A stretch of 64,000 nt of DNA from Octopus vulgaris (taxonomy: Eukaryota), in assembly GCA_951406725.2 (NCBI GenBank), contig OX597824.1, positions 20,212,001 through 20,276,000 of the forward strand. Reading direction: 5' to 3'. Of the stretch, positions 1 to 14,715 are shown piece after piece. The position numbers were made by a program, and so were the translations under genes. Position 1 is the stretch's first letter. Each line of letters starts with the position of its first letter. Under the pieces are notes generated by a model that was not told the origin of the DNA, searched no databases, and saw only the letters and a list, made by a program, of their open reading frames with translations.

Positions 1-736
1 TATATATATATATATATATATATATAATGAACATGTATATATATATATTTATATATATATCCAAAAACGAAATATATATAAAGATTATTTGTATATACAT
101 GAATATATGTATATACGTATATATACGTATATATAAATAATATATTTACACACACACGCATATAGTTAAGTATACATATATCTACATAGTTATATATACA
201 TACATACATACATACATACATACAAAAAGACATATGTGTGTGTGTGTGTGCGTGTGTGTGTATGTATGTATATATTTATATATGTATGTATATATATATA
301 TATATATTATATATATATATTTATGTGTGTATATATGTGGAAAGAGAAAGTGAAGGAAATAAAGACAGAAGCTCTTTGGGTGATACCGACAGTTTTAACC
401 ATTCGTTATGTAATACGTGTATGTATGTAGTGTACGTGTGTCTGTCATTGCAACTCTTTGTGTCCGAGTTTCACTTCTTTGATCTCCGGACAAAATTTAA
501 AGAATGAAACAGCAAAACTCTTATGAATATTCAGGTTTAAAAAAGAGAAGAAAAAAACAATGAAATCTTTTGATTTTTCAGAAAGTGAAAATATACCTAA
601 AGTCCGCTACATACGGCTAAGCGTTGGTGTTGACGCATCTGAGAATTTCAAACACATTGATAATACTATATCATAACAAATATGGAAACTAAAAAATACA
701 AGAAAAAGAAGAACAGTGCTAAGGAAGAGCGGAGAA

Positions 737-783
<47 letters not shown>

Positions 784-848
784 GTTGCTGTTGCTGTTGT
801 TATTATTATTATCATTGTTGTTGTTGTTGTTGTTATTATTATTATTAA

Positions 849-894
<46 letters not shown>

Positions 895-982
895 GTTGTT
901 GTTGTTGCTCTTGTTTAATTGCTGAGTCTGGAGCATGGGATGTAAGCCTTACGAGACCAGCAACATTGATGCAGTTATTAAC

Positions 983-1116
983 CATCACCACCACCATCAT
1001 CATCATCATCATCATCATCATCGTCGTCGTCGTCATCATCATCATCGTCATCATCATCGTCGTCATCATCATCGTCATCATCATCGTCACTATCATCATC
1101 ATCATCATCATCATCG

Positions 1117-1148
<32 letters not shown>

Positions 1149-1188
1149 GTCGTCATCATCGTCGTCATCATCATCGTCGTCATCATCG

Positions 1189-1223
<35 letters not shown>

Positions 1224-1368
1224 GTCATCATCATCATCATCATCATCATCGTCATCATCATCGTCATCATCATCATCATCGTCATCATCATCATCATCAT
1301 CATCATCGTCATCATCATCGTCATCATCATCGTCATCATCATCATCATCATCGTCGTCATCATCATCG

Positions 1369-1400
<32 letters not shown>

Positions 1401-1610
1401 GTCATCATCATCATCATCGTCATCATCGTCACCATCATCATCATCATCATCATAATCGTCATCATCATCATCATCATCATCATCATCGTCATCATCATCG
1501 TCATCATCATCGTCATCATCATCGTCATCATCATCATCGTCGTCATCATCATCGTCATCTTCATCGTCATCATCATCGTCATTGTCATCCTCATCGTCAT
1601 CATCATCATC
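983..1610. repeat. (CAT/CGT)n trinucleotide microsatellite, ~630 bp
   Basis: Directly visible; explains the poly-His/poly-Met/poly-Ile ORFs in the track. Confidence 0.97.
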
Positions 1611-1700
1611 GTTCTAACGTCCACTTTTCCATGCTTGCATGGGTCGGACGGAGCATATTGAGGTGGATTTTCTGTAGCTGAATGCCTTTGCTATCGTCTA
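1611..1700 (-). mobile_element. 3' tail fragment of a SINE/LINE ending in (GAT)n
   Basis: Minus strand reads agaaaatccacctcaa...ccgtccgacccatgcaagcatggaaaagtggacgttagaacgatgatgat, running straight into the microsatellite; resembles RTE-type retroposon tails (recollection). Confidence 0.55.
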
Positions 1701-2124
1701 CCTATCCTTTCACCAATTCAATGCTTTGATTAAGCTGTTGCAGTTCAGCACCCGGCAAGGAAGTACACGAGCAGAAAAAGATTAAAAAAAGAACTCTTTA
1801 AAATGTCTTTTGATTAAACTAGCTCAAAAATATAAGAAAACAGAAAGAGAAAAAATGAGTGAAAGTGAGAGAAAACGATATTATAGCATGAGTGGCAAAA
1901 CGATAAAAGAAGTACAGAAAGAAAAGAAGAAAAACAGAAAGAATTGAAGAAGAATAAAGCGGTTGGGAAGAGAAAGAAACAAAAAGGATTTTTTAAAATT
2001 AATATGGAAGACATGGGAAAGAGAAATATTGAATTTCAACTTTATCTGAATTTTATGACGGTCCTTTTAAATCATAATAAAAGCCTTAACAAACGTCTGG
2101 TCAAAGATCTCCATTTACTCGCGT

Positions 2125-2149
2125 TTCTTTCTCTTCTTCTTCTTCTTCA

Positions 2150-2180
<31 letters not shown>

Positions 2181-2209
2181 CTTCTTCTTCTTCTTCTTCT
2201 TCAATTTCT

Positions 2210-2301
<92 letters not shown>

Positions 2302-2361
2302 TTCTTCCTCTTCCTCTTCTTCTTCTTCTTCTTCTTCTTCTTCATCTTTTTCTTATTCTTA

Positions 2362-2415
<54 letters not shown>

Positions 2416-2498
2416 TTCTTCTCTTCTTCTTCTTCTTCTTCTTCTTCTTCTTCTTCTTCTTCTTCTTCTTCTTCTTCTTCTTCTTCTTCTTCTTCTTC
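2125..2498. repeat. (CTT)n microsatellite
   Basis: Directly visible. Confidence 0.97.
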
Positions 2499-2688
2499 AA
2501 ATACAAGGGGCATTTTCCTTGTTTCTGCATGTATCTATCAGCAAATATTCTTTTAAAATACTTTTTATTTAATTTTTCCAAAATTTTATTGTTTTCCATG
2601 CTTACAATTGAAAAAGTCTCAATGACCGAAACCGATACTGAAATGTCTTTTATTAAATTACTTTAACATTTTCTACCTTGACTTTTTT

Positions 2689-2744
<56 letters not shown>

Positions 2745-2800
2745 TAGAAATATGTTATAAAAAGAAAATATAAAATACACGTGGAAATGTAAGGGTAAAA

Positions 2801-3117
2801 TACGAAAAATTAACGAAAATACACATTGTAAATAAAAAAAGGCTATTTATGACAGGTAACGACAAATATATACATTTAGATTGACTGAGGTAGTAATACG
2901 AGTCATAAAAGTCATTATTATAAGATGATTGTAAGATGATAATAAACTTGGTCCGTTTGGTTTTCTTACTTTATTATCATCTTATAATCATCTCATAATA
3001 ATGACTTTTATGACTCGTACTACTACCTCAGTCAATCTAAATGTATATATTTGTCGTTACCTGTCATAAATAGCCTTTTTTTTTATTTGCAATGTGCATT
3101 TTCGTTGATTTTTCATA
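2801..3117. repeat. Long fold-back inverted repeat (arms ~2801-2946 and ~2970-3117, 23-nt spacer)
   Basis: Arms are near-perfect reverse complements (e.g. ggctatttatgacaggtaacgacaaatatatacatttagattgactgaggtagta / tactacctcagtcaatctaaatgtatatatttgtcgttacctgtcataaatagcc); between (TA)n runs. Confidence 0.9.
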
Positions 3118-3283
3118 TATATATATGTATATAGGTAAGCAGAGTTAGCGGTTGTAAAAACCGTGTAAGGGATAATAGTACCCGTTCTTACTATCGGTAT
3201 CATTTACCAATGCTATCCCTGGGCATGGGTATGCTCACAGGGTACAGGTAACCACAGAATAAACAAAAGTTTATCAGGAATCA

Positions 3284-3408
3284 AATTTAAATAATCAGAA
3301 AATGGAGATTAACAAACAAACAAATTATTTCCTAATAATCAACCGACGTTGGTCAAGTCGTTTGTTTGTTAATCAAAGATTTTTTTCCATTTCCTGATTA
3401 TTTAAATT
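3284..3408. repeat. Second, shorter imperfect fold-back
   Basis: aatttaaataatcagaaaatgga-gattaacaaacaaac pairs with gtttgtttgttaatc...tccatttcctgattatttaaatt. Confidence 0.75.
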
Positions 3409-3420
3409 ACATATGTATAT

Positions 3421-3605
3421 GCAGGAGTGGCTGTGTGGTAAGTAGCTTGCTTACCAACCACATGGTTCTGGGATCAGTCCCACTACGTGGCACCTTGGGC
3501 AAGTGTCTTCTACTATAGCCTCGGGCCGACCAAAGCCTTGTGAGAGGACTTGGTAGACGGAAACTGTGGTTAGTTAGCTAGCTACTTACCACACAGCCAC
3601 TCCTG
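3421..3605 (+). mobile_element. tRNA-derived SINE family A, 5' half, followed by an inverted copy of its own head
   Basis: gcaggagtggctgtgtggtaagtagcttgc...ccttgggcaagtgtcttc; 3580-3605 is the reverse complement of 3422-3447. Confidence 0.85.
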
Positions 3606-3609
3606 AAAT

Positions 3610-3692
3610 AATTTGAACTCAGAACGTAAAGACGGACAAAATACCGCAAAGCATTTTGCCCGGCGTGTAAACGTTTCTGCCAGCTCGCCGTC
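3610..3692 (-). mobile_element. SINE family B head fragment
   Basis: Reverse complement of ggcgagctggcagaaacgtt...acgccgggcaaaatgc...acgttctgagttcaaat. Confidence 0.8.
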
Positions 3693-3931
3693 TTGAAATA
3701 CGGCATTTCGATCGATTCCCTAACGATTCTGCCTCTCCAGAAGCATTAACACCGAACGTAGTATTGAAGAATACTTTTTAATAAAATTGTTATAGTACCA
3801 TTTTTCGGATCCTCGAAATAGTATACTTGAATGTATGTATGCATGCATGTATGTATGCATGCATGTATGTATGAATGTATGTATGTAAGCATGTATATAG
3901 GTATGAATGAATGTATGTATGCATGTATGTC

Positions 3932-3998
<67 letters not shown>

Positions 3999-4157
3999 CG
4001 TGTGTATGTACTTGTATGCATGAATATATATATATATATATACACACACATATATATGTACGTAAAAACCAAAAATGTAATAAAGAAGTAAAAAGAGACC
4101 ACATAGAATGTAATATATGTATATCTATTTATGTATGTATAGGTGCGTATATATATG

Positions 4158-4201
<44 letters not shown>

Positions 4202-4310
4202 CATATATATATATGTACTTATGTATGTATTTATGTGGGCATGTGCGCATGAATGTATGTATGCATGTATGTAGTGTGTGTGTGCGTGTGTAAAAAGAAA
4301 AACAAATAGG

Positions 4311-4367
<57 letters not shown>

Positions 4368-4604
4368 GGATAGATGGATCTTCTCCCTCTGCGCCCACTT
4401 TCCAATTCAAGAAGAATATAATACTTATAATACTTATACGGAGACAAATGTCTTGAGACTCTTACTTTCTGCTAATCCACCCGGATCGATTGTAGCAGTA
4501 CTGGCATGCGGGGGGTGGGGTGATGTGGTGTGGTGTGGGGTAGGAACTGAAAGTTGACTGAGTGTGGCAGAGGCAGGAGTGGGCGGAAAAAGTGGAAATC
4601 GCAT

Positions 4605-4872
4605 TGGTGGTGGTGGTGGTGGTGGTGGTGGTGGTGGTGGTGGTGGTGGTGGTGGTGGTGATGGTGGTGATGGTGGTGGTGGTGGTTATAGGTGGTGGTG
4701 ATGGTGGTGGTGGTTATAGGTGGTGGTGAAGGTGGTGGTGGTGGTGGTGGTGGTGGTGGTGGTGGTGGTGGTGGTGGTGGTGGTGGTGGTGGTGGTTATA
4801 GGTGGTGGTGATGGTGGTATGTAGGTGGAGTTGGAGGTGGTGATGGTGGTGGTGGTGGAGGTGGTGGTGGTG

Positions 4873-4904
<32 letters not shown>

Positions 4905-4938
4905 GGTGGTGGTGATGGTGGTGGTGGTGTTGGTGTTG

Positions 4939-4970
<32 letters not shown>

Positions 4971-4972
4971 GG
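4605..4972. repeat. (GGT/GTT)n microsatellite
   Basis: Directly visible. Confidence 0.95.
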
Positions 4973-5044
4973 AAACGAAGCGTGCACCGACATGAAGAAG
5001 TGAAGAAGAGTGGGGGGGGGGGGCGGGGATAGAAAAAAAGGAGA

Positions 5045-5091
<47 letters not shown>

Positions 5092-6088
5092 CCAGTGAAA
5101 GCAACAGCAGGAGACTGTCAATCTATGTAAGAGCTAATTTTCAATATTCTTTGCAGCATTAGATAATCTACTTAAAACCAATTCCGAACTTCAATCGGCA
5201 CCTGCCAAACATGTACTTTAAGAAGGAAATATTTTCTTTAATGCCAACTAAAATCACTAACTATGTAACAGAAAGCAAATACAAATATGATAAATGTAGC
5301 TACTATCCTTACCTTACAATATCATGTATGTGTTTGTGCGTGTATACATGTGTATATAAGCGCATATACATATTTGATGATAAATACATATTTATGCGTA
5401 TGTAGGTAATGCGTTTGTATATGTAGGTGTGTATACAAGTGTGTGTATGCTTCTGTGTTAATAATTCATGCAACAAACAGCGTGTGATCAATATTTTGAA
5501 TTGTACATTAAGGTATGTTTTTATGAATATCACAAAGTTTTTATCCATCACTGTCTCTCACTCTTTCTGTCTCTCTCTCACTCACTCTCTCTGTCTCTGT
5601 CTCTGTCTCTCTCTTTCTATCTATCTATCTCTCATTCTCTTTCTCTCGGGTTTACCCTCGAGATTTCTTCAGCTGAGAAACCACACTTATTTTCGTCTGT
5701 CCATGGAAAGAGATATATAGTTTATACTTATTTATAGCTGCTAAATATGACTTCACAAAATCGCTCTGCCCGATTTGCATGAACAGTGCGTTTGCTCACG
5801 ACGTAATGTATTTAATTATCGTTGCACTAAACGCCATGTACTCTATATTTTGAAGTATACACTACGGACTATGCACCCAAAAATCTTTTTATCTTTTACT
5901 TGTTTCAGTCATTAGACTGCGACCATGCTGATGTACCGCCTTCAAAGGGTTAGTAAAAAAAAATTTACAGCACGGCTTATTTTTTATTTTTTAAAGTCTG
6001 GCACTTACTCTATCAGTCTTTTTTACCGATCCGCTAAACGATAGTGGAAGACGAACATACATACACATACACATACATACACACACAC

Positions 6089-6172
<84 letters not shown>

Positions 6173-6180
6173 ATATATAT

Positions 6181-6290
6181 GATCTAGGACAATTGGCCGT
6201 AAGACATTTCGCCGTAGGACAATTGCCGTAGGACTATTCGCCGTAAGACAATTCACCGTACGGATATTTTGCCGCAAGGACATTTTGTAG
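6181..6290. repeat. 14-16-bp tandem repeat (ggacaattcgccgta, ~6 copies), probable subterminal array of a MULE-type DNA transposon
   Basis: aggacaattggccgt aagacatttcgccgt aggacaattgccgt aggactattcgccgt aagacaattcaccgt; lies ~0.5 kb downstream of a MULE transposase. Confidence 0.65.
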
Positions 6291-6337
6291 TAAAGCATGA
6301 GAAGGATAAAAAATAATAATAATAATAAAGGTCATAC

Positions 6338-6734
6338 TCTTTACTCTTTTTTACTCCTTTACTTGTTTCAGTCATTTGACTGCGGCCATGCTGGAGCACC
6401 GCCTTTAGTCGAGCAAATCGACCCCGGGACTTATTCTTTGTAAGCCCAGTACTTATTCTATCGGTCTCTTTTTTTGCCGAACTGCTAAGTGACGGGGACG
6501 TAAATACACCAGCATCGGTTGTCAAGCAATGCTAGGGGGACAAACACACACATATATATATATATACATATATACGAAAGACTTCTTTCAGTTTCCGTTT
6601 ACCAAATCCACTCACAAGGCATTGGTCGGCCCGGGGCTATAGCAGAAGACACTTGCCCAAGGTGCCACGCAGTGGGACTGAACCCGGAACCATGTGGTTG
6701 GTTAGCAAGCTACTTACCACACAGCCACTCCTGC
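6338..6734 (-). mobile_element. Full-length SINE family A with 7-bp TSD (gtcatac)
   Basis: Complete consensus; gtcatac at 6331-6337 and 6735-6741. Confidence 0.92.
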
Positions 6735-6869
6735 GTCATACAATTTATTTTAAAACGTTCAGCTAAAAAAAACTAAAAAGCTAAAAATCATGTGAATTCA
6801 TTACAAATGCACGCAAATAATGTTGGTTTTGATTTTGATCGTAACCTCTGACAATGTTTAGAATGCGCT

Positions 6870-7818
6870 TATAAACATCTTTGTAATTTTTTTCTCTTGG
6901 TTTCTCCTCTCGTTGCATCGTTTAGCTTCTTCTTAGAAGGAGATTCTTCATTTCTCAAGACATTGATAAGTTTCCGTAAATTTGGATGAGTATTTGTAAC
7001 AGATGCATGCAGCAGCGTATTATGGAAACCTTCTACCCCATTGATGGTATTTGCCAGCTGATTTAGGGTTCTTTCATACATATTCCAAAGACTTATAGGA
7101 AAAGAAGGAGGAACTCTACGTCTCCGAGCTCTCTGCCTCTCTCCCCGCCAATGTAATGCATTTCAAAATATGCCACAAGTTCTTGTGGCAAGTCATCGTA
7201 ACCCACAAGCTCTATAAATGCATCGATGGTGTCTGGAGGCGGGATGAAGGCAAATACCATAAGGCACTTTACTTTTGTTCTAAAATCGCAATCAGTTTGA
7301 TATTGCACCTTAAGCCTATTATCTGTCACTTTTCTGTAAATATTTTTACAGAAATTTTTAAAAAAACAGCCTGTTACATTTACAGATAGAAAATTGTCAG
7401 AAAAACTTAGAAAGCTAACTTGTTCAAAATCAATCATTAGAATCTTAGGTCTTAGTAACTCGAGCAAATCTTTAACCTTTTGAAAAACCCTATTGTATGT
7501 CTCAAGAGTCTTATTCGGAAGGAGACCGTAAATTCGTGGGATTCATGCATGTCCTATGTTGACATGTAGAGTATATAACTGATAATAAATTTCAGGACAA
7601 ACCTTAAATGTTCCATCGCATGCCGAATTCTTATGTATTACTAGATCGTGCAACCCTGCAGTCGTAGCAAAAATCAACTTTCTGTTTTCGTCTTCCATCC
7701 CACTATCGTAGAGTCGAAATCTTTCTCTGTTCTGTTGATACGTAAATTCTTCGGGAATTACATAGCCGATTCCTGATCTAGAGAGAGAAAGGATCTTTTC
7801 TTTCTTTTGTCTCCATCT
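6870..7818 (-). pseudogene. Decayed MULE (Mutator-like) DDE transposase
   Basis: Minus-strand frames give ACDGTFKVCPEIYYQLYTLHV, ILMIDFEQ, VTGCFF..FCKNIYRKV, AFIPP, TINGVEGFHNTL, which are hallmark MULE motifs; broken by stops and frameshifts. Confidence 0.88.
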
Positions 7819-8024
7819 CTTTACTCTTTTACTTGTTTAAGTCATTTGACTGCGGCCATGCTGGAGTATCGCCTTTAGTCGAGCCAGTCGACCCCAGGTC
7901 TTATTCTTTGTAAGCCTAGTACTTATTCCATCGGTCTCTTTTGCCGAACCGCTACGTTACGGGAACGTAAACACACCAGCATCGGTTGTCAAGCGATGTT
8001 GGGGGGACAAACACAGACACACAA

Positions 8025-8057
<33 letters not shown>

Positions 8058-8425
8058 CGACGGGCTTCTTTCAGTTTCCGCCTGTCAAATCCACTCACAA
8101 GGCTTTGGTTGGCCCGAGGCTATAGTAGAAGACACTTGCCCAAGGCGCCACGCAGTGGGACTGAACCCGGAGCCCTGTGGTTGGTAAGCAAGCTACTTAT
8201 CACACAGCCACTCTTTACTCTTTATTCTTTCACTTGTTTCAGTCATTTGACTGCGGTCATGCTGGAGCACCACCTTTAGTCGAGCAAATCGACCCCAGGA
8301 CTTATTCTTTGTAAGCCCAGTACTTATTCTATCGGTCTCTTTTGCCGAACCGCTAAGTGACGGGGACGTAAACACACCAGCATCGATTGTCAAGCAATGC
8401 TAGGGGGACAAACACAGACACACAA

Positions 8426-8496
<71 letters not shown>

Positions 8497-8655
8497 TACG
8501 ACAGGCTTCTTTCAGTTTCCGTCTACCAAATCCACTCACAAGGCATTGGTCGGCCCGGGGCTATAGCAGAAGGCACTTGCCCAAGATGCCACGCAGTGGG
8601 ACTGAACCCGGAACCATGTGGTTGGTAAGCAGGCTACTTACCACACAGCCACTTC
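7819..8655 (-). mobile_element. Two head-to-tail full-length SINE family A copies (~7819-8211, ~8212-8655)
   Basis: Two consecutive matches to the family A consensus with internal (TA)n/(CA)n. Confidence 0.92.
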
Positions 8656-8798
8656 GTGTTATTTTTGAATAAATGTTAAACATTTCTGCTTTTAAATTCT
8701 CATTTCAGCAATTAAGGATCCAGTCTCAAATCTAAACGACCTTTCTGTTTTTAAATTGTCATTACATCTCCAGAGTTAGAAGCAGTGCAAAGGCAATC

Positions 8799-10477
<1,679 letters not shown>

Positions 10478-10528
10478 CAATAATAATAATAATAATAATA
10501 ATAATGATAATACTACTACTACTACTAC

Positions 10529-10600
<72 letters not shown>

Positions 10601-10621
10601 TAATAATAATAATAATAATAA

Positions 10622-10820
10622 TCCTTTCTATTATAGTCACAAGGCCTGAAATTTTGGGTGAGGAGAATAATCGATTACATCGACCCCAGTGTTTCATTGG
10701 TATTTAATTTATTGATCCCGAAAGAATGAAAGACAAAGTTGACCTCTGCGAGATTTGAACTCAGAATGTAATGACAGGCGAAATACCGCGAAACATTTTT
10801 TAGATTCTGCCAGTTCGCAG
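10622..10820 (-). mobile_element. Diverged SINE family B variant
   Basis: atcgaccccagt...cccgaaagaatgaaagacaaagttgacctc...atttgaactcagaatg...ttctgccagttcgc. Confidence 0.8.
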
Positions 10821-10906
10821 TCCTAATAATAGTAATAACAATAATAATAATAATAATAATAACAACATTAATAATAATTTTAAAAAATCAAAATACGCAA
10901 TAACTA

Positions 10907-10970
<64 letters not shown>

Positions 10971-10971
<1 letters not shown>

Positions 10972-11646
10972 GACATGACAGAGTTGGCCAATATCTACAC
11001 TGGCTAATAAGTCGGCATTACAATATCAAAACTGCCGACAAGTGATATAATCACCACCCTGAAGCTGTAACTGAAGGAGAAAATGTAACGATTCTGTGGG
11101 ACTTTCCAGTACATACAGACCGAACCATCAAAGCTAATAAACCGGATATTGTTGTGAAAGACAAAAACAATAAAGTTTGCTTATTGATCGACATGAGCAT
11201 CCCCTGTGATCATAATATCTCGGCGAAAGAATTTGACAAACTCAGAAAATATAAAGACCTGCTCATTGAAATTGAGAAAATGTGGCATCTCAAGGCGGTT
11301 ACAATACCAGTGGTCGTAGGAGCACTAGGAATGATCAAGAAGGGAACCGAAAATTATATGAGAATGATCCCTGGCTTACCATCCCTGCAAGAAGTGCAAA
11401 AGATTGTCTTAACTGGTACATCTACACGTATTGAGAAGAGCATTGTCGATGTGAGAACTATTACTACCCATGTATTTTAATTTAACTTTATTTCTATCAA
11501 AAAAAAAAAAAAAAAAAATGAACGAACTAGTGAGTTTAGTTTAATGGCCTACCAATGTATACTATGAGCTTCTTTGCCCTAGGAGTCGGGAAGACACCCG
11601 GCAAGAAATGGAAGCAAATTTGAAAGAAGAAGAAAAAACCCACAAA
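10971..11646 (+). mobile_element. Second Dong/R4-clade fragment (different subfamily)
   Basis: RHDRVGQYLHW...ILWDFPVHTDRTIKANKPDIVV...IDMSIP...KLRKYKDL...IPVVVGALG with an in-frame TGA; (AAT)n on both sides. Confidence 0.9.
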
Positions 11647-11651
11647 TAATG

Positions 11652-11746
<95 letters not shown>

Positions 11747-12036
11747 AAGAAGAAGAAGAAGAAGAGCTGAATAGACTGTGAAAGTCCAAGACAACAATTA
11801 TTTCTGTAGTAACCTGGTACAAGACACAAAATTCTACATAAAAAAAAGAAAAAACTAAAAGAGTTTGGAATTAAAATTCGCATTGTTGACCTGCAGAAAA
11901 GTACCATTCTATATTCTGCAAGAATCCCCCCCCCCCACCAAAAAAAGAGACTTGAAATTTGAGGAGTCTTGTTGTCACCAAACATCAAGATATCTGCAAA
12001 TTAAATTATCAGGCACAAGCGTAGCAGCAGCAATTA

Positions 12037-12091
<55 letters not shown>

Positions 12092-12599
12092 TTCTTTCTT
12101 TATTTTTTTCAATGGTTTCAAATTTTGTCACAAAGCCTGCAATTTTTTAAGTGAGAAGTGATGAACGAGGCCAACGACCCGGGTACTTGATGTTATTTTA
12201 TCGACCGTGGAAGGACGAAAACAATGTTGACCTTGGTGGATTTGAACTCCGAACGTAAAGATCCTCAAGCAAACAGAGCAATTTTAAAAACACTTGATTC
12301 CTAATATTGACTCAAAACCCCGAATTTAGTTGGGTGTGGGGTGGGTGGGTTCTAATTAATTATGAGGGGGGTTATAATTAATTATATTAATTTAGTCATC
12401 GATTGGTAATTATTTTATTGTTTCTTGGGGACATAAAAGAGAAATTCCTCATGGTTGGAACTGGAATTGGAAACTAGAAGCGAACTTGATACGGTCTGAA
12501 GGATCCTACCAGAATATATACCACCACAGCACAATACCACCAACAGCACTACCACCCATACCAGCACCAGCACTACCACGACGACTATCATTAACAATG

Positions 12600-12695
12600 T
12601 TACTCCTAATTCCTACTACGACAACCACTGCTACTACTGCTACTACTGCTGCTACTACTACTACTACAGCAACTACTACCACTACCACTACTACA

Positions 12696-12734
<39 letters not shown>

Positions 12735-12885
12735 GCTACTACTACTACTACTACTACTACTACTGCTACTACCAACACCAATATCATTACTATCGCTACC
12801 ACCTATACTAGCATCACTGCTGCTACTACAACTGTAACAACTACTACTACTACTACCACTAGTACAACCACTACTACTACTACTG

Positions 12886-12920
<35 letters not shown>

Positions 12921-13022
12921 GCTACTACTAACACCAATATCATTACTATCACTACCACCTATACTAGCATCACTGCTGCTACTACAACTGTAACAACCAT
13001 TACTACTGCTACCACTACTACA

Positions 13023-13068
<46 letters not shown>

Positions 13069-13215
13069 TCAACATCACTAATTTTGGGCCCTACCATTCC
13101 AAAGACTCCCACTACATCGGCACACCCACCACCACCACCACTAACTACTACTACTACTACTACTATTACTGCTACCACGGTCACCAACACTATTACTACT
13201 ACCACCACAACTAGC
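12600..13215. repeat. (ACT/ACC)n compound microsatellite with a ~156-bp higher-order duplication
   Basis: aacaccaatatcattactatc...acctatactagcatcactgctgctactacaactgtaacaac recurs at ~12774 and ~12930. Confidence 0.9.
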
Positions 13216-13364
13216 ACCACCTCCTGCATCACTATCACCTACCCCTGCCCCCACCTCATCCCACCAACCTCCCCTCTGGGTTCTGACCTACATAAAATTC
13301 AACTTTACTCCCTAAGGTATCTATCAAGGTGGTGGGAGGGGTGTGATGAGGTACGTGTATGCAT

Positions 13365-14561
13365 TAGTGTGTGTGTGCGTATGGCGTGCGTGTGTGAACG
13401 TGTATGTGTGTGGGTGCTTGTGCACATGTGTGTGTGTGTGTGTATTGCATGTGTGTGTGGGTATTACGTGTGTGTGTGTGTACGTGCGTGCGCGCGAGCA
13501 TGTGTGTGAGTATTTGTGCACATGTGTGTATGCATGCGTGTGTGTGTATTGCGTGCGTGTGTGGGTATTGCGTGCGTGTGTGGGTATTGCGTGCGTGTGT
13601 GTACGTGTGTGCGCGTTTATGCACATGTGTGTGTGCATGTGTGTGTATTGTGTGCGTATGCGCGTGTGAATGTTTGTGCACATGTGTGTGTGTGTATTGT
13701 GTACGTGTGTGGGTATATCATGTGTGGGTATATCATGTGTGGGTATTGCGTGTGTGTGTACGTATGTGTGTGTGTGTGAGTGTTTGTACACATGTGTGTA
13801 TGCATATGTGTGTATTGTGTGCGTCTGCGGGTATTGCGTGCGTGTGTGTACGTGTATGTGCGTGTGTGTGTGTGAGTGTTTGTGCACATGTGTGTGCACG
13901 TGTGTGTGTATTATGTGCGTGTGTGGGTATTGCTTGTATGTGTGTACGTGTGTGTGTGTGAGTGTGTGTGCATGTGTGTGTGTATTATGTGCGTGTGTGG
14001 GTATTGCCTTGTATGTGTGTACGTGTGTGTGTGTGAGTGTGTGTGCATGTGTGTGTATTATGTGCGTGTGTGGGTATTGCTTGTATGTGTGTACGTGTGT
14101 GTGTGTGAGTGCGTGTGCATGTGTGTGTGTGTATTATGTGGGTGTGTGGGTATTGCTTGTATGTGTGTACGTGTGTGTGTGTGAGTGTGTGTGCATGTGT
14201 GTGTATTATGTGCGTGTGTGGGTATTGCTTGTATGTGTGTACGTGTGTGTGTGTGAGTGCGTGTGCATGTGTGTGTGTATTATGTGGGTGTGTGGGTATT
14301 GCTTGTATGTGTGTACGTGTGTGTGTGTGAGTGTGTGTGCATGTGTGAGTATATTATGTGTGTATTGTGTGTGTATGTGTATGTGTGCGTGGTGGGACAA
14401 GTGTATGTGTGTGTTTTTCCGTAATTGTGCAAATATGTATAGAGGAACTCTATATGTGAATATGTGTTTGTGTGTGTGTGTGTGTTTCAGTGTGTGTGTG
14501 TGTGTGTTTCAGTGTGTGTGTGTGTGTGTTTCAGTGTGTGTGTGTGTGTGTTTCGTGTGTG

Positions 14562-14596
<35 letters not shown>

Positions 14597-14715
14597 GTGT
14601 TTCGGTGTGTGTGTGTGTGTTTCAGTGTGTGTGTGTGTGTGTTTCAGTGTGTGTGTGTGTGTTTCAGTGTGTGTGTGTGTGTTTCAGTGTGTGTGCGTGT
14701 GTGCTTCAGTGTGTG
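13365..14715. repeat. Degenerate (TG)n region with ~62-66-bp higher-order units, then (GT)n-ttca units
   Basis: gtgggtattgcttgtatgtgtgtacgtg...gagtg...gcatgtg...tattatg repeats about 7 times. Confidence 0.9.

Noticed and set aside
890-1681. Long His-, Met- and Ile-rich ORFs (also poly-Asp at 59572-60564, Thr-rich at 12486-13214, Lys/Glu-rich at 33647-34270)
   Set aside because: Stop-free translations of microsatellites, open in several frames and on both strands
6519-6776. Recurrent small ORF family (…[19 protein letters not shown]…)
   Set aside because: Antisense translation of SINE family A; recurrence reflects SINE copy number
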